From NCBI GenBank assembly GCA_002317225.1, contig DCIW01000195.1, positions 1,475 to 65,474 on the forward strand: DNA of 64,000 nucleotides. Direction: 5' to 3'. The notes beneath the pieces are model-generated. The model was not told the DNA's origin. It saw only the letters and a list, made by a program, of their open reading frames with translations, and searched no databases. This DNA is from Prevotellaceae bacterium UBA1716. Lineage in GTDB: Bacteria; Bacteroidota; Bacteroidia; Bacteroidales; Bacteroidaceae. Positions 47,173 to 56,076 of this stretch are shown piece after piece; positions within the stretch are counted from its first letter, which is position 1; every line of letters starts with the position of its first letter. The translations under genes and the position numbers were made by a program.

Positions 47173-47234
47173 TGTCCGTGCAGACGGACAAGGAAGTCCG
47201 CGCTAACGGACACGGATGTCCGTGCAGACGGACA
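47173..47234. repeat. Array of three tandem hairpins built from the GTCCG/CGGAC motif
   Basis: TGTCCGTGCAGACGGACA occurs identically at 47173-47190 and 47217-47234, each a 7 bp stem with a GCAG loop. GTCCGCGCTAACGGAC lies between them at 47196-47211. Confidence 0.7.
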
Positions 47235-47257
47235 TGGCAACACGCCCTAATGTTTTT

Positions 47258-48706
47258 TTAGAAGCAAGCGCGTACCTCTTCGTGATCGTCAAAGTGATGC
47301 TTCACGCCCTTAATAATCTGGTAGTCTTCGTGACCCTTTCCTGCGATGAGGATTACATCACCTGGTTGGGCAAGCATACAAGCTGTTTTAATTGCCTGAC
47401 GACGATCCACGATAGTGAGCACATCGCTGAGTTGCTCTGCAGTAAGGCCTGCCTGCATATCTTTGAGGATATCTTCTGGTTCTTCAAAACGAGGGTTATC
47501 GCTTGTGAGGATTACCTTGTCGCTCTGCTTCACAGCTTCTTGTGCCATGAGAGGGCGCTTGCCCTTGTCACGATTACCACCGCATCCACATACTGTGATA
47601 ACCTTTCCGCTCTTGCCATCAAGCACCTGATGGATAGAGTTGAGCACGTTCTCAAGTGCATCTGGAGTATGAGCATAGTCTACGATTGCAGTATATCCCG
47701 ATGGTGAACGAAGTGCCTCGAAACGACCATTTACTGGTTTCATAGCACTCATCGCAACAAGCACTTCCTGTGGATCCTTACCGAGCATAACTGCTGCTCC
47801 ATAAACAGCAAGGAGATTGCTCACGTTAAACTTACCCACAAACTGCACTCCCACTTCCTTTCCATTGATTTCGAGATACATGCCTTCGAAGTGGCACTCT
47901 ATAATCTTTGCCTTGAAGTCGGCAGGACTCTGCACGCTATATGTCTTGACAGTTGCTTTTGTATTCTGAACCATCACACTTCCGTTCTTGTCGTCTGCAT
48001 TTGTGATAGCGAACGCATCAGCAGGAAGATTGTCGAAGAACTGCTTCTTTGCCTTGATATAGTTCTCGAAAGTCTTGTGATAATCGAGGTGGTCGCGAGT
48101 GATATTTGTGAACATAGCACCAACGAAGCGAAGGCCGCCAATACGATTTTGAACCACACTATGCGAGCTAACCTCCATAAAGCAGTACTCACATCCAGCC
48201 TCAACCATCTTTGCGAGCAAGGCATTGAGAGTCACAGGATCTGGTGTAGTATGCTCTGTTGGGACTGCCTCACCATCAATGTAGTTGCACACAGTTGATA
48301 GAAGACCAGTCTTATGTCCCATCGCGCGATACATATTATATAATACGGTAGCAATGGTTGTCTTTCCGTTTGTTCCGGTAACACCTACAAGCTTCAACTT
48401 GCTTGTTGGGTCGCCATAGAAGTTTGTGGCAATCTGACCCACGTTCTGCTCTGTATTGGCAAGGCGAACGTAAGCCACTCCGTCTGCAAGTTCAGCAGGC
48501 ATATCTTCACACACAATTGCCTTGGCTCCAAGTTCGAGAGCCTTTCCGATGTAGGCGTGACCGTCTGCAGCAGTACCCTTAACAGCAATAAACATATTGC
48601 CATCCTTCACTTGGCGTGAGTCGATGTTCACACCGTTGACTTCAACGTCCTGTGCACCTTTCTGTTCAAGGACATCAAGACCTTTCAACAAATCTTGCAG
48701 TTTCAT
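47258..48706 (-). CDS. murE: UDP-MurNAc-L-Ala-D-Glu:meso-DAP ligase
   Basis: 482 aa with VTGTNGKTT and a DNPR motif (TSDNPRFE), in dcw position. Confidence 0.93.
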   Translation of the reverse strand: MKLQDLLKGLDVLEQKGAQDVEVNGVNIDSRQVKDGNMFIAVKGTAADGHAYIGKALELGAKAIVCEDMPAELADGVAYVRLANTEQNVGQIATNFYGDPTSKLKLVGVTGTNGKTTIATVLYNMYRAMGHKTGLLSTVCNYIDGEAVPTEHTTPDPVTLNALLAKMVEAGCEYCFMEVSSHSVVQNRIGGLRFVGAMFTNITRDHLDYHKTFENYIKAKKQFFDNLPADAFAITNADDKNGSVMVQNTKATVKTYSVQSPADFKAKIIECHFEGMYLEINGKEVGVQFVGKFNVSNLLAVYGAAVMLGKDPQEVLVAMSAMKPVNGRFEALRSPSGYTAIVDYAHTPDALENVLNSIHQVLDGKSGKVITVCGCGGNRDKGKRPLMAQEAVKQSDKVILTSDNPRFEEPEDILKDMQAGLTAEQLSDVLTIVDRRQAIKTACMLAQPGDVILIAGKGHEDYQIIKGVKHHFDDHEEVRACF

Positions 48707-48714
48707 ATATAGTT

Positions 48715-50889
48715 CTATTTTAATTCGATAAGTATTTTGTTGCCCTTTTCAATCTTAGTTCCCGCAGGAATGCTTTGGCCGACAACTTTTCCTCGGCCCT
48801 TCACGCGAGTATGGATTCCTCGACTTTCAAGGGCATATACAGCATCGCGAGCACCCATTCCCGTAACATCAGGAACTGAAGTCTCACTCGTGAACACTTG
48901 TTTCAGTCTGACACTCTTACCTTCAATCGTAGCCGAAGCATACTGATGCTTTGTGTCGCCACTCACGAGCACATTGAACTCGCGAAGAACTCGCTTGGCC
49001 GCAGCCACATCACCAGTCTTGACATCCGGAATATATACCGAAGTAGAATCGGCAGCACGATTAATATCAGTCGTAAGATTCTTTGAATAAACACGTTGTG
49101 CAATTTGCGAGAACACCGGACCAGCCTGTCCACCACCACTCGACACATAGTATGAGTGGCGAATTGCAACGATACAAGTGTAGCGTGGAGCCTCTGAAGG
49201 GAAATATCCGCAGAAGCTAACGAGGTGCTCGTTCTTTCCACCGTGATAGCCACCGCCATTAGACACCTGGGCTGTACCAGTCTTACCCGAAACATCGAAG
49301 AACTTGTTTCCAGCCTTCTTACCGAGGCCTTCCTTGTCGCAAACCACACGATGCAGGATGGTCTGTATCTCTTCGAGAGTCTGAGGTTTGCAGATATGTT
49401 CGCGGATGACATTCACCGGATATTCTTCTACCATCTCACCATTTCGTGAGATTCCTTTCACGAAGCGTGGAGCGACCAACTTGCCTCCATTGGCAATTGC
49501 ATTATAGAAGGTACATGTGGAGATAGGAGGAATCTGAGTCTCGTAACCGATTGACATCCACGCAAGTGCAGTAGCAGACCAGTTGAGAGAGTTCTTGAAT
49601 CCGCCCTTGCTGTCACGCTTTGGCATACGGATGATAGGGTTAGCAGCACCGCTGAAGCGTTCGGGCAAGCCGAGTGGAGCACCGATACCCACGCGACGAA
49701 GACCTTCGACAAACTTCTCTGGCTGATTATGGTAATGCTCATCTATAAGTTTGCTGACACCGATGTTCGAAGAGAACATAAGCACATGAGGCACATCAAT
49801 CACATGATAACCACCACGATTCCAGTTGTGGTCCTTCATGTATGCACCATGCATATTCATCACACCACAACCTGTGTCCACATGGTCTGAAACCTTGATA
49901 TATCCATCATCAAGACCTACCATGATTGATGCGGTCTTGAATGTAGAACCCGGTTCCATCAACGATGCAAGTGCGTAGTTACGAGCTTCGTAATAGTTGC
50001 CGTCGTCGTAGCGTTCGAGGTTGACGATTGCTTTCACATCACCCGTCTTCACTTCCATAAGGATAGCGACACCCATAGTGGCTTCGAGTTCGTGAAGTTT
50101 TTCGCGGAGAGCACTTTCGCAGATATCCTGCATGCTCACATCGATAGTGGAAACAACGTCGTAACCATCCTGTGGAGCCTCATCAATGATATCCAAGTAC
50201 TTGTTGAACACCTTCTTATGATGAACCTTACCCGACTTGCCACGAAGCACAGAGTCGTAGGCGAGTTCGATTCCCGAACGAGCAGAGTCTTTTGCACCGT
50301 AAAGGTCGCCGAGGGTACGCTTTGCAAGTGTGCCGAATGGTTTGTTACGGTTGTTGTACTCTATCACAACGAGACCGCTCTTGTTCTTATTCTTCTCCTT
50401 GAAGATTGGAAGACGGATTATTTCGTTGTACTGTATGTAGTTAAGCACCTGACGAGGGCACACTTCCCAATAACGCTTGCCTCCGTTAAGGCCTTCGAGA
50501 AGGTGTTCCTTGTATTCGCGTTCGGTAAGGATAGGGCAAATGCCATAGAGACCTCGACTGATAGAATCGATGTTGGCATTCCAGATGCTATCTTTTTCTT
50601 CCTTTGCCTTTTCATCCTTGTCTGCACCACCCGACATAAAATCGATGTAGAGTCGGTAGTTAGGCAGACTGCTCGCCATAATCTGCTTGCCGTCGGACGA
50701 TAGGATATTACCTCGGTTAGGCTTGAGTTCCATAGTGTCCGAAACGCTGACCTGACCGACATCCACCCATTTGTCATGCTGTATCACCATGGTTTTGAAC
50801 ATGTTCCAGATGATCCAGAAACAGATGAGTATCGCACAAACGACTACTATCGTAAATCGGGTTGATATGTATTTCTTTTCAAACTTCAT
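48715..50889 (-). CDS. ftsI: Penicillin-binding protein (FtsI/PBP3-like transpeptidase) with a C-terminal PASTA-like domain
   Basis: 724 aa with an N-terminal TM and the transpeptidase motifs STFK, SSN and KTGT. The last ~53 aa ([20 protein letters not shown]...GNKILIELK) look like a PASTA domain. Confidence 0.9.
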   Translation of the reverse strand: MKFEKKYISTRFTIVVVCAILICFWIIWNMFKTMVIQHDKWVDVGQVSVSDTMELKPNRGNILSSDGKQIMASSLPNYRLYIDFMSGGADKDEKAKEEKDSIWNANIDSISRGLYGICPILTEREYKEHLLEGLNGGKRYWEVCPRQVLNYIQYNEIIRLPIFKEKNKNKSGLVVIEYNNRNKPFGTLAKRTLGDLYGAKDSARSGIELAYDSVLRGKSGKVHHKKVFNKYLDIIDEAPQDGYDVVSTIDVSMQDICESALREKLHELEATMGVAILMEVKTGDVKAIVNLERYDDGNYYEARNYALASLMEPGSTFKTASIMVGLDDGYIKVSDHVDTGCGVMNMHGAYMKDHNWNRGGYHVIDVPHVLMFSSNIGVSKLIDEHYHNQPEKFVEGLRRVGIGAPLGLPERFSGAANPIIRMPKRDSKGGFKNSLNWSATALAWMSIGYETQIPPISTCTFYNAIANGGKLVAPRFVKGISRNGEMVEEYPVNVIREHICKPQTLEEIQTILHRVVCDKEGLGKKAGNKFFDVSGKTGTAQVSNGGGYHGGKNEHLVSFCGYFPSEAPRYTCIVAIRHSYYVSSGGGQAGPVFSQIAQRVYSKNLTTDINRAADSTSVYIPDVKTGDVAAAKRVLREFNVLVSGDTKHQYASATIEGKSVRLKQVFTSETSVPDVTGMGARDAVYALESRGIHTRVKGRGKVVGQSIPAGTKIEKGNKILIELK

Positions 50890-50984
50890 TGTTTGTTATA
50901 TCTCGAATTTCTTTGTTTAGTGTAGGAAGTGTAGGATAAAAATAAAAAATAAGTTGTTTTTTCTTATGATTTTCAGCTTTTACC

Positions 50985-51464
50985 CTATTCTATTGAGTCT
51001 TGTCGGATGAGGTAAGGAGGAGTGATTGGGGTTTCAAGCACACTATCCTTGGTTTGTTTCAAGCGACGCTCAACGTTCGATTGACGTGATATATTCATCA
51101 GTTCGCTCGACTGAGTCAGCACGTTGTACTTCACCTTCTGGAGTTCGGTACGCAGACTGTCAATCGTGATGGCATCCTGCTGACTCGAATAGCGGTTACC
51201 GGTATAGAGCAGGGTGAGCAGCACACAGAACATGATGAAGATCACCTGCTTGCGGATGAATCGGCTCTGCAATATGTCACCACCGAGAACTGCACGGAGT
51301 GAGAGCTCGCCCATATCATCCTCTTCGTCGGTGAACTTCTTGAGTGCCTCAATCGCCTCGCGCTGGTCTTGCTTCTCCTGCTCGGCTTGGATTTGCTCCT
51401 GGGCTTCCTCTGTGAGTTCCTCTTCCTTGGGGTCTATATCTTGTATGTAATCTTTTTCTTCCAT
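50985..51464 (-). CDS. FtsL-like small bitopic division protein
   Basis: 159 aa with an acidic N-terminus, a single TM (VIFIMFCVLLTLLYTG) and a short coiled periplasmic part. It occupies the canonical slot between rsmH and ftsI. Confidence 0.5.
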   Translation of the reverse strand: MEEKDYIQDIDPKEEELTEEAQEQIQAEQEKQDQREAIEALKKFTDEEDDMGELSLRAVLGGDILQSRFIRKQVIFIMFCVLLTLLYTGNRYSSQQDAITIDSLRTELQKVKYNVLTQSSELMNISRQSNVERRLKQTKDSVLETPITPPYLIRQDSIE

Positions 51465-51493
51465 TGAGCGTTTTAATATTGTTTGGCTGCTAC

Positions 51494-52453
51494 CTAAATC
51501 TTCTCTGCAATTCGGAGTTTTGCACTTCGCGAACGAGGGTTGCGTTCCTGCTCTTCTTGATTAGGGACAATCACTTTATTATTAATAAGGTGGAAAGGCG
51601 TGTTTACCCGACCAAAGAAGTCCTTGTCTTCCCTACCCTCAACGTTGCCCGTCTTCATCAAGTTCTTCACGATGCGGTCTTCGAGCGAATGGTATGTGAT
51701 GACCACCAAACGACCACCCGGACGAAGCATTTCGGTAGCACTTCGGAGCATTTCCTTGAGTGCATCCATCTCGTGATTCACTTCGATGCGGAGTGCCTGA
51801 AACACTTTTGCGAGTTCTTTCTTCTCACGGTCACGACCGAAAAGCGGCTTAGTGACTTCGAGGAATTCGCCTATAGTTTCTATCTTCTTTGTCTTGCGTG
51901 CATTTACAAGAACCGAAGCAAGTTTACGTGCGTTCTTCAGTTCGCCGTAAAGGTAGAACACGTCGGCGAGCGCCTTTTCGTCGTATGTATTGACCACCTC
52001 AGCTGCTGTCATTCCCGCTCTCTGGTTCATTCGCATATCGAGTTTCCCATCGAAACGGAACGAGAAGCCACGTTCGCTATCATCAAAATGGTGAGAACTG
52101 ACTCCGAGATCTGCAAGCAATCCGTCTATCTCCTCCACTCCATAATAGCGCATGAAGTTCTTGAGGTAGCGGAAATTGGAACGGACGAAAGTGAACTGGC
52201 CTTCATAGTCATTGAACGACTTCGACATACAGTTTCCATCAATTGCAACACTTTTGTTTGCATTTTCCTCTGCATCCGCATCCTGATCGAAACTGTAGAG
52301 GTGTCCGTCCTTATCGAGTCTGCTGAGTATCTCGCGACTATGACCACCACCACCGAAAGTAACATCGACAAAGTTTCCACCTTTATCAATGTTCAATCCG
52401 TCCACGCTCTCCTTGAGCAAGACTGGTACGTGATAAGTCATTTGTTCTTCCAT
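51494..52453 (-). CDS. rsmH: 16S rRNA (cytosine1402-N4)-methyltransferase
   Basis: 319 aa with HVPVLLKESV...DVTFGGGGHS and ITYHSLEDR motifs. Confidence 0.93.
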   Translation of the reverse strand: MEEQMTYHVPVLLKESVDGLNIDKGGNFVDVTFGGGGHSREILSRLDKDGHLYSFDQDADAEENANKSVAIDGNCMSKSFNDYEGQFTFVRSNFRYLKNFMRYYGVEEIDGLLADLGVSSHHFDDSERGFSFRFDGKLDMRMNQRAGMTAAEVVNTYDEKALADVFYLYGELKNARKLASVLVNARKTKKIETIGEFLEVTKPLFGRDREKKELAKVFQALRIEVNHEMDALKEMLRSATEMLRPGGRLVVITYHSLEDRIVKNLMKTGNVEGREDKDFFGRVNTPFHLINNKVIVPNQEEQERNPRSRSAKLRIAEKI

Positions 52454-52474
52454 TCAATTCGTGTTGTTAAGAGA

Positions 52475-52915
52475 TTAAGCGAACAAGCCCTCGATATCGC
52501 TACCGAGTTCATCGTCTGCACTAAGATATTGGTCGAGATTCTCCTTGCTCCACACCTCAATCTTATTGTCGACTCCTAAGAATCGAACGTCTGCATCAAT
52601 TTCCGCATATTGCAACTTCGACTTTGCAATCAGGATGCGTCCATTGCTGTCGAGCTCTACAGGTTCTGCATCGGCAGAAAAGCGGCGAAGCATGTCTTGA
52701 TGCTCACGCTTCCAAAGATTGAGATGCGACTTGAGATCATCGAGCTTTTCGTTCCACACGGATTCAGGATAAAGCACAAGACACTTCTGGAACAAATCCT
52801 TACGCAGAACGAGCTTTGTAGCATCTTCGGCGGCAAGGATCTTCCTTAATGCTGCAGGCAGGAAAACTCTGCCTTTTGCATCTGTCTTTGCTGAAAAATC
52901 TCCGATGAATCGCAT
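52475..52915 (-). CDS. mraZ: Transcriptional regulator MraZ
   Basis: 146 aa. Two DxxxR-type repeats are present (DAKGRVFLPAALR and DSNGRILI). It is the first gene of the dcw cluster. Confidence 0.9.
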   Translation of the reverse strand: MRFIGDFSAKTDAKGRVFLPAALRKILAAEDATKLVLRKDLFQKCLVLYPESVWNEKLDDLKSHLNLWKREHQDMLRRFSADAEPVELDSNGRILIAKSKLQYAEIDADVRFLGVDNKIEVWSKENLDQYLSADDELGSDIEGLFA

Positions 52916-52993
52916 TTGTAATTAAGTTGTTTTGTGGCGTTGGTTAACATCGTTTTGAACGAGTCCCTCGTACCTTATTTATGAAATCTTTTG

Positions 52994-53001
52994 CAAAAGT
53001 A
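52994..53001 (-). promoter_or_regulatory. Candidate Bacteroidetes -7 promoter box (TACTTTTG) for mraZ/dcw
   Basis: It matches TAnnTTTG on the minus strand. A possible -33 TTTG (53024-53027 on the + strand as CAAA) lies 22 nt upstream. Confidence 0.35.
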
Positions 53002-53006
53002 ATAAA

Positions 53007-53025
53007 TTCCCCACATTTCCCCACA
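53007..53025 (-). promoter_or_regulatory. Candidate MraZ operator: two direct TGTGGGGAA boxes with 10 bp periodicity
   Basis: The + strand reads TTCCCCACA at 53007-53015 and again at 53017-53025 (minus-strand sense TGTGGGGAA x2). The boxes are 92-110 nt upstream of the mraZ ATG and just upstream of a -7 box. Confidence 0.45.
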
Positions 53026-53249
53026 AAATATCAAGAAAATTTAGAAAAAAAATCATTTAAACCTATCTAAGCACTCTATTTCATTGTTTTCAAACGCTTT
53101 TAAAGCAATTTAGTGTGGTGGGGGACGTTTTTGCGATTAATATCAAAAAAGGCATGAACATTATTTTTTTGTCGTAAAGATTTGTATGTTTCAGAAAGTT
53201 TTATGATATTTGCACACGAATTGAAAACAGTCACAAAAATCACATCGTA

Positions 53250-53879
53250 ATGAAACGTTTTTTTTGTACAACTTTGATACTTATTTCAACAATCATCACA
53301 GTCTTGCCTGCTGATGCTCAAGTGAAGTTTGGTCTCAAAGTCGGAACCAACATAGCAAACGCGACCCTCAACAGAGAGTTTTTCGACTCTGAAAATCGCA
53401 TAGGGTTTCTCATCGGACCAATGTTAGATGTGAAAATGCCTATTCTGGGATTGGGATTAGAGTTTGCGGCGCAATATCATGTTCGGCACATGCAACTCAC
53501 ACCTACAGAAGAAACAGACATGGCCGGTGGTGTTGCTTCGCTCCATACAATTGACATCCCGATAAATGCCAAATGGACATTGGGCAACGATAACATTCTG
53601 AGTGCCTATGCAGCAACAGGTCCGCAGATGTCCTGGAATATTGGAGGTCAACAACTCAAGCAAGTGTTTGATTTAGGCCAATACACAATGAAATCGTCTT
53701 ACCTGAGTTGGAATATCGGTACCGGTGTCACCTTCCTTTCAAATTTCAGAATAGGATACACTTACAATATTGCAATCGGAGCGACCGCCTTAGTCGATTT
53801 CCACGATGCTGCCGGCAACTTAATCAGCGGCAAACTACGCAACAACACTCATCAAGTATTCTTTATCCACTTCTTTTAA
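53250..53879 (+). CDS. Small outer-membrane beta-barrel protein (porin-family/OmpW-like)
   Basis: 209 aa with a signal peptide ending PADAQ, an alternating hydrophobic pattern and a C-terminal aromatic residue (HFF). Confidence 0.6.
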   Translation: MKRFFCTTLILISTIITVLPADAQVKFGLKVGTNIANATLNREFFDSENRIGFLIGPMLDVKMPILGLGLEFAAQYHVRHMQLTPTEETDMAGGVASLHTIDIPINAKWTLGNDNILSAYAATGPQMSWNIGGQQLKQVFDLGQYTMKSSYLSWNIGTGVTFLSNFRIGYTYNIAIGATALVDFHDAAGNLISGKLRNNTHQVFFIHFF

Positions 53880-55910
53880 ATGCTGTACGCAGACGTAATC
53901 CTTCCGCTTCCTCTACAAGACACATATACTTATGCCATTCCCCAAGATATGGAGAGTGGCATTTGCCGTGGTTGTAGGGTGGTTGTTCAATTTGGAGCAA
54001 AGAAGGTTTACACTGCCATTGTCATCAGAGTACATGACCAGCGTCTAAACTTCGATAACATTAAGTACATTAGCGAGTTACTTGAATCTACTCCGATTGT
54101 AAATGAGAACCAACTCTCCCTTTGGAACTGGATATCATCTTACTATATGTGTCCACTTGGAGATGTGTACAAAGCCGCTCTTCCAGGTGGTCTCAAGCCA
54201 AAAGACCAGAACGCATTAAAGGAGAAGAACAAACGCAGAAAACTCAAACTTGCTTACGAAGATTGGAACGCTCGCGAGGATGAGATTCGCAAGAACTTGA
54301 GCCCTGCCCAAACAAAAGCGTTCAACGAAATTAACGAGTCTTTCAATAAGTTCAATACGAGTTTGCTCCACGGAGTCACATCAAGTGGAAAGACGGAGAT
54401 TTACATCAATCTTATTAAAGAATACATAGCAAAAGGGAAGCAGGTTCTTTACCTTCTTCCGGAAATTGCACTTACCACACAAATCACCAACCGCCTTGAA
54501 TCGGTGTTTGGAGATTCTATGTGCGTATACCACTCTAAATATACTGATGCACAACGTGTTGCTGTTTATCAGAAGCAACTCTCCGACGAACCGTTCCAAC
54601 TCGTGCTTGGAGTGCGTTCATCCGTCTTTCTGCCTTTTCAAAATCTTGGACTCGTCATCGTGGACGAAGAGCATGAGCAATCATACAAGCAGCAAGAGCC
54701 CGCCCCACGTTACCATGCCCGTAGTGCCGCCCTTATGCTTGCAAAACAGTTTGATGCAAAGACTCTTCTTGGCACAGCAACTCCTTCGTTCGAAACCTAT
54801 CATGCTGCTCGTAGTGGGCGTTTCGGTTACATCCAACTTACCGAGCGCTTCAAAGGCATGCAACTGCCTGAGATACAAATTGTAGACATCAAGACTCTTC
54901 GCAAACAGAAACGTATGCTTGGAGCTTTCTCTCCCGACCTTGTTGACGAGATTCGTGGGGCTCTTTCACGTGGCGAACAAGTCATACTTTTCCAAAACCG
55001 AAGAGGCTTTTCGCACTTCATCGAGTGCAAGCAATGCGGATGGGTGCCTCGTTGTGCTCATTGCGACGTGAGCCTTACTTATCACAAGAAGACAAACCAA
55101 CTCACTTGCCACTATTGCGGTTACACCTACCGCCTTCCGGAAGTATGCCCTTCGTGCGAGGAGAAAAACTTCATAAACAAGGGAGTTGGAACGGAGAAAG
55201 TGGAAGACCAAATCCACGAACTTTTTCCTGAAGCATCCGTCCTCAGAATGGACCTCGACACTACCCGTGCCCGCGACTCTTACGAAAAGATTATCAATGA
55301 GTTTGCCGACCATAAGGCAGACATCCTCATAGGCACTCAGATGGTGACTAAAGGACTTGATTTCGATAGCGTTAGCATTGTCGGTATACTCGATGCTGAC
55401 ACCATGCTCAACCAACCAGACTTCCGTGCTTACGAACGCACTTTCCAGACCCTTTCGCAAGTGGCAGGAAGAGCGGGAAGAAAGAACCATGCAGGTAAGG
55501 TAATCCTACAAACTCGTTCGGCAGATTCATCTCTTATCCAACAAGTTACCGGCAATGACTTTTGGGGAATGTTTTATGATCAAATGCTTCAACGCAAGGC
55601 ATTCAACTACCCTCCTTTCTATCGCCTCATCTACATCTACCTGAAACATCGTGACGGAGTGCTGCTCGACCACCTCGCTGTTGAGATGGCAGACAAGCTT
55701 CGTGCTGTGTTCGGCGAACGTGTTCTCGGACCTGATGCACCACCTGTCAGCAGGGTACAAAGTCTCTTCATCCGCAAGATAATGATAAAAGTGGAGCATT
55801 CTGCATCTCCTAACAAAGTTAGAAGTGCTATTCTTGCCGTACAAAGACAGATATTGGAACAGCCAATTGCCAATTCGCTCAACATTTACTATGATGTGGA
55901 CCCACTTTAG
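53880..55910 (+). CDS. priA: Primosomal protein N' (replication restart helicase PriA)
   Basis: 676 aa. It starts YADVILPLPL and has Walker A (GVTSSGKTE), DEEH and a Cys4-type zinc-binding insert (CKQCGW...CAHC...CHYCG...CPSC). Confidence 0.85.
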   Translation: MLYADVILPLPLQDTYTYAIPQDMESGICRGCRVVVQFGAKKVYTAIVIRVHDQRLNFDNIKYISELLESTPIVNENQLSLWNWISSYYMCPLGDVYKAALPGGLKPKDQNALKEKNKRRKLKLAYEDWNAREDEIRKNLSPAQTKAFNEINESFNKFNTSLLHGVTSSGKTEIYINLIKEYIAKGKQVLYLLPEIALTTQITNRLESVFGDSMCVYHSKYTDAQRVAVYQKQLSDEPFQLVLGVRSSVFLPFQNLGLVIVDEEHEQSYKQQEPAPRYHARSAALMLAKQFDAKTLLGTATPSFETYHAARSGRFGYIQLTERFKGMQLPEIQIVDIKTLRKQKRMLGAFSPDLVDEIRGALSRGEQVILFQNRRGFSHFIECKQCGWVPRCAHCDVSLTYHKKTNQLTCHYCGYTYRLPEVCPSCEEKNFINKGVGTEKVEDQIHELFPEASVLRMDLDTTRARDSYEKIINEFADHKADILIGTQMVTKGLDFDSVSIVGILDADTMLNQPDFRAYERTFQTLSQVAGRAGRKNHAGKVILQTRSADSSLIQQVTGNDFWGMFYDQMLQRKAFNYPPFYRLIYIYLKHRDGVLLDHLAVEMADKLRAVFGERVLGPDAPPVSRVQSLFIRKIMIKVEHSASPNKVRSAILAVQRQILEQPIANSLNIYYDVDPL

Positions 55911-55952
55911 CACATTATAGGCAAAAAAATTGGTCATGTTATTTAAAAGGTG

Positions 55953-55960
55953 TAAATTTG
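55953..55960 (+). promoter_or_regulatory. Candidate -7 box (TAAATTTG) for the thr operon
   Basis: TAnnTTTG match about 117 nt upstream of thrA. A stem CAGCAAT/ATTGCTG (55961-55995) follows it. Confidence 0.3.
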
Positions 55961-56076
55961 CAGCAATTTTCGAGCACTTTGCCCGAATATTGCTGTAAAT
56001 TGTCTTGCAGATCTCGTTTTTCTGTAGCGATATTTGGTCTCTGTGCTTTCATACTAATTAATTTCAATAACATCTA

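Noticed and set aside
47173-47234. Possible CRISPR-like repeat-spacer array, considered here and for the other short repeats at 36000-36069 and 58543-58671.
   Set aside because: There are only two identical 18 nt copies, with a related hairpin as the 'spacer'. The units are too short, no cas genes are present, and the other arrays are 7-mer tandems without spacers.
55911-56076. A Thr/Ile-codon leader-peptide attenuator upstream of thrA.
   Set aside because: The only small ORF (from 55936: MLFKRCKFAAIFEHFARILL*) has no Thr/Ile run. The downstream stems are not followed by a convincing terminator T-run.
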